Assembly: GCA_030596245.1 (NCBI GenBank)
Contig: JAUVKN010000001.1
Coordinates: 1-39,728, forward strand
DNA from: Bacteroidia bacterium
GTDB lineage: Bacteria; Bacteroidota; Bacteroidia; Bacteroidales; GCA-2748055
Direction: 5' to 3'
Length of the DNA stretch: 39,728 nt
Position numbers and translations under genes: made by a program
The notes under the pieces: model-generated
The model's database searches: none
Told to the model about the DNA's origin: nothing
Seen by the model: the letters and a program-made list of their open reading frames with translations, nothing else
Shown here: piece after piece, positions 33,545 through 39,728 of the stretch
How the letters are laid out: every line of letters starts with the position of its first letter
Numbering within the stretch: the first letter of the stretch is position 1

Positions 33545-34891
33545 TTAGAGCCCCCTGACTGCAACCTTGAATTGTCTGCCCCTGTCCTCGAAACTTTCAA
33601 AAAGATCGAAACTGGCGCAAGCAGGGGAAAGCAGGACAGTTTCTCCGTCCCTTGCCAGGTAGTAGGCAGCCTTCACAGCCTCTTCCATATTTTTTGACTC
33701 CACAATGGATTCCACTTTACCACTAAAAGCCTTGATTACCCGGTCGTTGTCTTTACCAAGGCAAACAATGGCCTTCACCTTGTTCTCCACCAGGTTGTAG
33801 AGCTCACTGTAATCGTTGCCCTTATCCACTCCACCAACAATCCATATTGTCTTCCCATTCACACTCTCAAGGGCGTACCAGGTTGAGTTAACATTGGTGG
33901 CTTTTGAATCATTTATAAAGTTGATGCCATGTACCTTCAAGACGTTTTCGAGCCGGTGTTCCACTCCCTGGAAATCCATCAGGGCCTCCCTGATCACATC
34001 GTTCCGGATTTTCAATACATTACCGGCGATCCCGGCAGCCATACTGTTGTAGGTATTATGCCTGCCCTTCAATGAAAGCTCTTCCACCGACATGGAGAAA
34101 TCCACATCATCAAACTCGATGTGCATCTCTTCATCATTCGCCACCCAGGCCACATCATTCTCTTTTTTATGGTAGGCAAAGGGCAGCTGCTCCGCCTTTA
34201 AAACAATTTTCTCCAGCTCCTTGATGGTGATCTCATCATCAGAACAGAAAACGAAATACTCATCCTCAGTCAGATTCTGCGAAACCCTGAATTTGGAATC
34301 CACATAGTTCTGAAAATTGTAATCGTACCGGTCAAGATGATCGGGGGTGATATTCAGGAGTATGGCTATATCTGCTTTGAACTCATACATCCCGTCGAGC
34401 TGGAAGCTGCTGAGTTCCAGCACATAGTAATCGTAGCCTTCGACGGCTACCTGGAATGCAAAACTTCGCCCCACATTTCCGGCGATACCCACATTCAATC
34501 CCGCCTTGCGCATCATATGATGGATCAGTGAGGTGGTGGTGGTCTTTCCATTGCTGCCTGTAATACAGATCTTCTTCGCATTGGTATACCTTCCGGCAAA
34601 CTCAATTTCGGATATGATCCGGATTCCCTTCTTTCGAAGAAGCTTCATAATCGGGACACTTTCGGGAATTCCCGGACTCTTGATGACTTCCGAAGCATTG
34701 AGTATCAAACGTTCGGAATGTCCTCCCGATTCATAAATCACATGATACTCATCCAGCAGGTTACGGTAAAATGGTTTGATCTTGCCGGCATCTGAAACAA
34801 AAACATCATATCCTTTTTGCCGGGCTAAAATAGCAGCGCCCGTCCCACTTTCACCTGCACCAAGGATGACTATACGTTCTCTGTTTTCCAT
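33545..34891 (-). CDS. murD: UDP-N-acetylmuramoylalanine--D-glutamate ligase
   Basis: 448 aa. ILGAGESGTGAA and ITGSNGKTTT. Confidence 0.95.
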   Translation of the reverse strand: MENRERIVILGAGESGTGAAILARQKGYDVFVSDAGKIKPFYRNLLDEYHVIYESGGHSERLILNASEVIKSPGIPESVPIMKLLRKKGIRIISEIEFAGRYTNAKKICITGSNGKTTTTSLIHHMMRKAGLNVGIAGNVGRSFAFQVAVEGYDYYVLELSSFQLDGMYEFKADIAILLNITPDHLDRYDYNFQNYVDSKFRVSQNLTEDEYFVFCSDDEITIKELEKIVLKAEQLPFAYHKKENDVAWVANDEEMHIEFDDVDFSMSVEELSLKGRHNTYNSMAAGIAGNVLKIRNDVIREALMDFQGVEHRLENVLKVHGINFINDSKATNVNSTWYALESVNGKTIWIVGGVDKGNDYSELYNLVENKVKAIVCLGKDNDRVIKAFSGKVESIVESKNMEEAVKAAYYLARDGETVLLSPACASFDLFESFEDRGRQFKVAVRGL

Positions 34892-34910
34892 AGGGTTTCT
34901 CTAGTTAGAT

Positions 34911-36161
34911 TTATCTGATCTTCAGGGTTACAATGGATATCACCGCCAGCATGATTCCCACAATCCAGAACCTGGTCACGATCTTGGGTTCGGGAAATCC
35001 TTTTTTCTGGTAGTGGTGGTGGATGGGGGACATGAGGAAGATCCTCCGTCCCGCACCGTATTTTCTTTTGGTTCTTTTGAAATAGCTCACTTGCAGGATC
35101 ACCGACATGCTCTCCACAAGGTAGATACCACATAGGATGGGGATCAGCAATTCCTTGCGAATGATCACTGCAAACACTGCAATGATCCCGCCGAGGGCAA
35201 GACTCCCCGTATCCCCCATAAATATCTGGGCCGGATAGGAGTTGTACCACAGGAATCCGATGGTTGCACCGGTGAAAGCCCCTGCAAAAATAATCAGCTC
35301 ACCAGCATATGGTATATGCATGATGTTCAGGTAATTAGAAAAGATGGCATTGCCCGATAACCAGGCCAGGATGCCCAGTGTAACACCAATAATCGCAGCC
35401 GAGCCGGTGGCCAGTCCGTCCAGTCCGTCAGTAAGATTGGCCCCATTGGATACAGCAGTTACAATGAATATTACTGCCAGAACAAAGATGATCCAAACCA
35501 GGCTATCGGCATACTTACCAGAGAACCAGACCAGCCACGAATAATCAAACTCATTGTTCTTTACAAAAGGAATGGTGGTGAGTGGTTGCTTATGTTCCTG
35601 TACTATATAGAGGTTCCCGGCATCGTCTACCTGCATCTCCTGTGACTTGTACTCCTGAAAATTATCCTCGGTAATGGTGATCCTCTCACGGATCATTACA
35701 TCGTCACTTAAATAAAGGGTCAGGCCCACGATCAGGCCCAGCACAATCTGACCAATGATCTTAAATTTCCCGCGCAATCCATTCTTATTCTTCTTAAACA
35801 CCTTGATATAATCATCCATGAATCCGATTAGTCCCAGCCAGACAGTGGCAATCAGCATCAGAAGGATGTAAATGTTGGTGAGATTGGCAAAAAGCAGCAC
35901 GGGCACGATGATCGATGCAAGGATAATAAGCCCTCCCATGGTGGGGGTTCCCTGTTTTTGATCCTGTCCCTCCAGTCCCAGGTCACGAACCGATTCCCCG
36001 ATCTGTTTGCGATGGAGAATACCTATAATCCGCTTGCCAAAAATCATGGAGATCACAAGGGAGGTGATCACAGCAAAGGCAGCCCTGAAAGAGAGGTACT
36101 GGAACATTCCGGCTCCCGGGATATCAAACTGGTCGAGGTATTCAAACAGGTGATATATCAT
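34911..36161 (-). CDS. mraY: Phospho-N-acetylmuramoyl-pentapeptide transferase
   Basis: 416 aa. [26 protein letters not shown] and SPIHHHY. It has a ~50-aa loop insertion relative to the E. coli protein as I recall it. Confidence 0.95.
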   Translation of the reverse strand: MIYHLFEYLDQFDIPGAGMFQYLSFRAAFAVITSLVISMIFGKRIIGILHRKQIGESVRDLGLEGQDQKQGTPTMGGLIILASIIVPVLLFANLTNIYILLMLIATVWLGLIGFMDDYIKVFKKNKNGLRGKFKIIGQIVLGLIVGLTLYLSDDVMIRERITITEDNFQEYKSQEMQVDDAGNLYIVQEHKQPLTTIPFVKNNEFDYSWLVWFSGKYADSLVWIIFVLAVIFIVTAVSNGANLTDGLDGLATGSAAIIGVTLGILAWLSGNAIFSNYLNIMHIPYAGELIIFAGAFTGATIGFLWYNSYPAQIFMGDTGSLALGGIIAVFAVIIRKELLIPILCGIYLVESMSVILQVSYFKRTKRKYGAGRRIFLMSPIHHHYQKKGFPEPKIVTRFWIVGIMLAVISIVTLKIR

Positions 36162-37615
36162 GTTTTTTCCTTTAAATTCATTTTCAGTATCTCCATATCG
36201 TCAAAGGCTACTTTCTCACCACGGATCTCCTGGGTTTTCTCATGGCCTTTTCCTGCTACCAGAATGATGTCATGATCTCCTGCAATGATGCAAGCGGTAC
36301 GGATGGCCTCCTCCCTGCTCTCGATGCGCATGGTATGTTCCTGCAGTCCGGGTGGGATCCCCGCCATCATCTCCTCCAGTATGGCCTCCGGATCTTCGTC
36401 CCTGGGATTATCCGATGTGAGGATCACCTTGTGACTGGTCTGAGCTGCTATTCGTGCCATGTTGGGGCGCTTGCCCCGGTCCCTGTTGCCTCCGGCCCCT
36501 AAAACAGTGATGATCTCACCCCCTGTTACATTGACTTCACGGATGGTGTCCAGAACATTTTGGAGCGCATCAGGAGTATGTGCATAATCCACGATCCCAA
36601 TGGTGCCTTTTTCCGAGTGAAAAGTCTCAAACCGACCCGATACCGGGTTTACCTGACTGATACCCTTGATCACATCTTCCGGGTGCTGACCCAGGAGTAC
36701 CGATACTCCATATACACAAAGCAGATTGCTCGCATTGAAACGACCCGGCAGTTTTATCCATACCTCCTCACCGTTGATCTCTATGGAAGAACCCTCCATG
36801 TGCATCTCGTTGATCTTTCCCCTAAATTCGCAAAGAGAGCGAAGACTATAGGTATGTGCCTCGGCCATACAGTTCTGAAGCATTACTTTTCCATTCTTAT
36901 CATCCCCGTTCACAAGCGCAAATGCATCTCCCGAAAGTTGATCGAAGAACCGTTTTTTCACCGTGAGGTAATCCCTGAAATCCTTATGATAATCGAGATG
37001 ATCACGGGTGAGATTGGTAAAGACTCCTCCATTAAACTCAAGTCCATCTATGCGCTCCTGGTCAATGGCGTGGGAGGAAACTTCCATGAAACAGTACTCA
37101 CATCCGTAATCGACCATTTCTCGCAGGTATGCATTGATTTGCAGTGGATCGGGTGTGGTATGGGTGGCTGGACGGGTCTCTTCCCCGATGAGTACCTGGA
37201 TGGTGGAGAGCAATCCCGATTTGAAACCAAGCCGGGTATGCATCTGGTAGAGCAGCGAAGCAATGGTGGTCTTGCCGTTGGTACCAGTAATCCCCACCAG
37301 GTGTAATTCCCGTGACGGGTACCCATGAAATGCAGATGACAACCGGGCCAGCGCCTTTCGGGAATCAGTTACCCGGATCCAAACTGCACCTGTTTCCGGG
37401 CTGGATGGATCATCTTCACAAACGATAGCACCAGCCCCGGCCGTAAGTGCCTGGTCTATAAACCTGTGTCCGTCCGAATGGGTTCCTCTGATAGCTACGA
37501 AGAGATCCCCGCTCCGAACTTCCCGGGAGTCAAAAGTGATGCCGGTAATGTCCAGGTTTTCATTACCTGTCATTCCGACTATCTCCAATTCCTGTATGAT
37601 CTCTTTTAAATTCAA
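36158..37615 (-). CDS. murE: UDP-MurNAc-L-Ala-D-Glu--2,6-diaminopimelate ligase
   Basis: 485 aa. [10 protein letters not shown] and [10 protein letters not shown]. The TTG start at 37615 directly abuts the ftsI TAA stop. The N-terminus aligns by eye with full-length MurE, so the TTG is plausible. Confidence 0.92.
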   Translation of the reverse strand: MNLKEIIQELEIVGMTGNENLDITGITFDSREVRSGDLFVAIRGTHSDGHRFIDQALTAGAGAIVCEDDPSSPETGAVWIRVTDSRKALARLSSAFHGYPSRELHLVGITGTNGKTTIASLLYQMHTRLGFKSGLLSTIQVLIGEETRPATHTTPDPLQINAYLREMVDYGCEYCFMEVSSHAIDQERIDGLEFNGGVFTNLTRDHLDYHKDFRDYLTVKKRFFDQLSGDAFALVNGDDKNGKVMLQNCMAEAHTYSLRSLCEFRGKINEMHMEGSSIEINGEEVWIKLPGRFNASNLLCVYGVSVLLGQHPEDVIKGISQVNPVSGRFETFHSEKGTIGIVDYAHTPDALQNVLDTIREVNVTGGEIITVLGAGGNRDRGKRPNMARIAAQTSHKVILTSDNPRDEDPEAILEEMMAGIPPGLQEHTMRIESREEAIRTACIIAGDHDIILVAGKGHEKTQEIRGEKVAFDDMEILKMNLKEKT

Positions 37616-39728
37616 TTATCCCTCCTTCATACTCATATTTAGTGTGACGACCGACCCTTTCAAAATCCTGCTCCCTGCCTGAACCGATTGCTTTCTTATG
37701 GTACCCCTGCCATCCACCACCACCTTCAATCCTTTACTCTCCAACAGGTAAAGAGCATCCTTCAATCCCATATCCACAACGTTGGGCACCACCTCTTCCG
37801 AAATGAGCCGGGAGGAGAGTACCACACCCTCAGGTGTGCTCCTTGTAGATACCCAAGTGGCTTCCCCTTCGGTCTGTTGAAGAGGAAGGTTCAGGTATTC
37901 AAAAGTGGATGCAAGGGCATCTCCGCTTCCGCTTTTGGAATAGGGTGCCTGAATGGTCTCATCTGCAAGTGTTACCTGGTTGTCGTGCATTTCATATTCA
38001 CGTACATAAATCCGGTCCGTTATCTCCCGGAAAATTGGGCCAGCCACGAGGTTTCCATAATAGATGCGCTTTGACCTGGCATTCACTACAACAATGCAGG
38101 AATACTTAGGATTGTTGGCTGGAAAATACCCAACAAATGAAGCCATGTAAAGCGCTTTCGTATAACCCTCCTTGTTCAGCGCCAGCTGTGCTGTTCCGGT
38201 TTTACCAGCAATCTTGTAATGGCTGTTGGTCAGGTTCCTGGCAGTACCACTATCCACTACTCCTTCCAGCATGCTTCTGACCTGTCCCAGGGTTTCCCGG
38301 GAACAGATGTGGTTATTCAAAACTTCTGTATCAAAGCGTTTCACCATTTTTCCATGAGATCGCATCTCTTCCACGAATATGGGCTTCACCATTTTTCCGT
38401 TGTTGGCCACAGCATTGTAGAAGGCAAGAATTTGCAATGGGGTCATCCGAACTTCGTAGCCAATGGACATCCATGGCAGTGAGAGTCCCGACCAGAGCTC
38501 ACTGTCGGTATACTTGATCTCGGGCTTTCCCTCACCTCTGATTTCAAGCCCCAATTTCCGGTTCAGTCCCATTTTATATAACCGGTCCACAAACTGCTCT
38601 GGCTGCTTTTTGTAGCTCTCATTGACAATCTGGGAGATCCCAACATTGGAAGAAGCTTCAAATGCACGCTGAACAGTGATCTCCCCCATACCTTCTGCCC
38701 CACTGTCCTCCATTTTCTGTCCATAGTAGTATGTTTTCCCATCACCAACATCTATTTTGTCATTCGGATGGACGTGACCGTCTTCCAGCAGGGCGATCAT
38801 CGAAGCCAGCTTAAAGGTGGATCCAGGCTCGGTGCTTTCTCCGACGGCAAAATTGTAGTTTTCGCGATAGTTTCCATCTTCCTCCAAGGCCAGGTTAGCA
38901 ATGGCCCTTACCTTTCCTGTCTCTACTTCCATCACCACCACCGTTCCATGATCGGCACCGTGCTTCAACAATTGGGAATGCAACGCATTCTCGGCCACAT
39001 CCTGCAAATCCACATCGATGGTTGTAATAATGTCATATCCATCTTTGGGTTCGATCTCGTTGGCATCATTGATGGGCATCCAGATATCTCCCCGGATCTT
39101 TCTCATAAGCCTGTATCCTTCCACTCCCTTCAATTCCGTATCGAATGCCCCCTCCAGACCAACCACGCTCTTTAAGTCTTCGCTCATGGTATATCCCACA
39201 GTCCTGGCTGCCAGCATTCCATAGGGCTTTACCCTTCTGTTCTGCTGCACATAGATTACTCCGCCCTGGTATCTGCCCGCATCATAGATGGGGAATTGTT
39301 TCACCTGCTGCAACTGGGTGTAGCTTACATTTCGCTTTACCAGAAAATAGCGGTTTCCGTTCTCCTGGGCTCGTACCAGCTCACGTTTATAGGTGGACCA
39401 ATGCCGGTCCTGGAACATGTTGGAGAGAGCCTTTGAAAGCTGATCAACACCCCTGTCAAAAATCTCGCGGGTGAAAGATTCTGACCGGAAGTCCATTCGA
39501 ATCTCATAGAAAGGCACTGAAACAGCCATTAGACGTCCGTCGGAAGAATAGATGTTACCACGATTAGGCTCGATCACCTTATGGCGGATGGTACTATTCT
39601 CCTCCTGGGCCCAGATCTCCTTTTCAAAGATCTGAAGTTGGAGGGCCTTTCCGAGTATGAGCAATCCAATAAGTAAAATCCCCAGATAAACCAGGGATGT
39701 CCGTATCAATATGTCCCGTTTTAATGAC
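37616..39728 (-). CDS. ftsI: Class B penicillin-binding protein (FtsI-type transpeptidase) with a C-terminal PASTA-like domain; 5' end probably outside the window
   Basis: SxxK (GSTFK), SxN (SSN) and KTG(T) (GKTGTA) motifs, and the N-terminal anchor LVYLGILLIGLLILG. The track starts at a TTG (39709), but the frame stays open to 39728 (...SLKRDI-), so the true start is likely beyond the edge. Confidence 0.9.
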   Translation of the reverse strand, partial: SLKRDILIRTSLVYLGILLIGLLILGKALQLQIFEKEIWAQEENSTIRHKVIEPNRGNIYSSDGRLMAVSVPFYEIRMDFRSESFTREIFDRGVDQLSKALSNMFQDRHWSTYKRELVRAQENGNRYFLVKRNVSYTQLQQVKQFPIYDAGRYQGGVIYVQQNRRVKPYGMLAARTVGYTMSEDLKSVVGLEGAFDTELKGVEGYRLMRKIRGDIWMPINDANEIEPKDGYDIITTIDVDLQDVAENALHSQLLKHGADHGTVVVMEVETGKVRAIANLALEEDGNYRENYNFAVGESTEPGSTFKLASMIALLEDGHVHPNDKIDVGDGKTYYYGQKMEDSGAEGMGEITVQRAFEASSNVGISQIVNESYKKQPEQFVDRLYKMGLNRKLGLEIRGEGKPEIKYTDSELWSGLSLPWMSIGYEVRMTPLQILAFYNAVANNGKMVKPIFVEEMRSHGKMVKRFDTEVLNNHICSRETLGQVRSMLEGVVDSGTARNLTNSHYKIAGKTGTAQLALNKEGYTKALYMASFVGYFPANNPKYSCIVVVNARSKRIYYGNLVAGPIFREITDRIYVREYEMHDNQVTLADETIQAPYSKSGSGDALASTFEYLNLPLQQTEGEATWVSTRSTPEGVVLSSRLISEEVVPNVVDMGLKDALYLLESKGLKVVVDGRGTIRKQSVQAGSRILKGSVVTLNMSMKEG

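Noticed and set aside
36560-37306. 248-aa plus-strand ORF opposite murE, and similar antisense ORFs at 29589..30251 (murC), 4824..5522 (HEAT gene), 7767..8363 (glycosidase-like gene), 38768..39175 (ftsI) and 16559..17056 (mfd)
   Set aside because: All lie wholly inside strongly supported genes on the opposite strand and show no motifs. They are shadow ORFs.
26097-39728. Absence of murF and ddl from the dcw cluster, and the long MraY loop, as anomalies
   Set aside because: As far as I recall, this gene order without murF or ddl, and an enlarged MraY, are normal for Bacteroidota dcw clusters. They are a lineage trait, not a local rearrangement.

Overview
The window reads as a Bacteroidota chromosomal segment. 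Support: one protein ends in a T9SS C-terminal sorting domain, exact TAnnTTTG promoter motifs occur, and the dcw cluster lacks murF and ddl. All family calls come from motif recognition by eye; no searches were run.

(i) 1-2.9 kb is an accessory patch. It holds a DDE transposase cut by the window edge and AT-rich nested perfect palindromes built on TTATCC cores. It also holds three non-coding tandem-repeat families (13, 16 and 22 bp). A single-HKD PLD-like gene carries 14 x 12-bp (PGPK) repeats, and a second 10 x 12-bp array sits just past its stop.

(ii) 2.9-9.8 kb is a tightly packed five-gene minus-strand operon and the best candidate for a new system. I read it as an uncharacterised synthase-dependent exopolysaccharide module. 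Its parts are a processive GT2 synthase, a HEAT-repeat membrane protein, a TPR/beta-barrel outer-membrane protein, a stand-alone CheY receiver, and a T9SS-secreted glycosidase-like protein.

(iii) 9.9-26 kb is housekeeping: aspartate kinase, a cyclophilin-like protein, glycerate kinase, an LctP-family permease, mfd, coaX, an OMP, a TPR-like protein, lptC-like, a CNNM/CBS protein and a PpiD-like chaperone.

(iv) 26.1-39.7 kb is the minus-strand dcw cluster ftsZ-ftsA-ftsQ-murC-murG-ftsW-murD-mraY-murE-ftsI, with ftsI running off the right edge.

I saw no rRNA, tRNA or CRISPR array.
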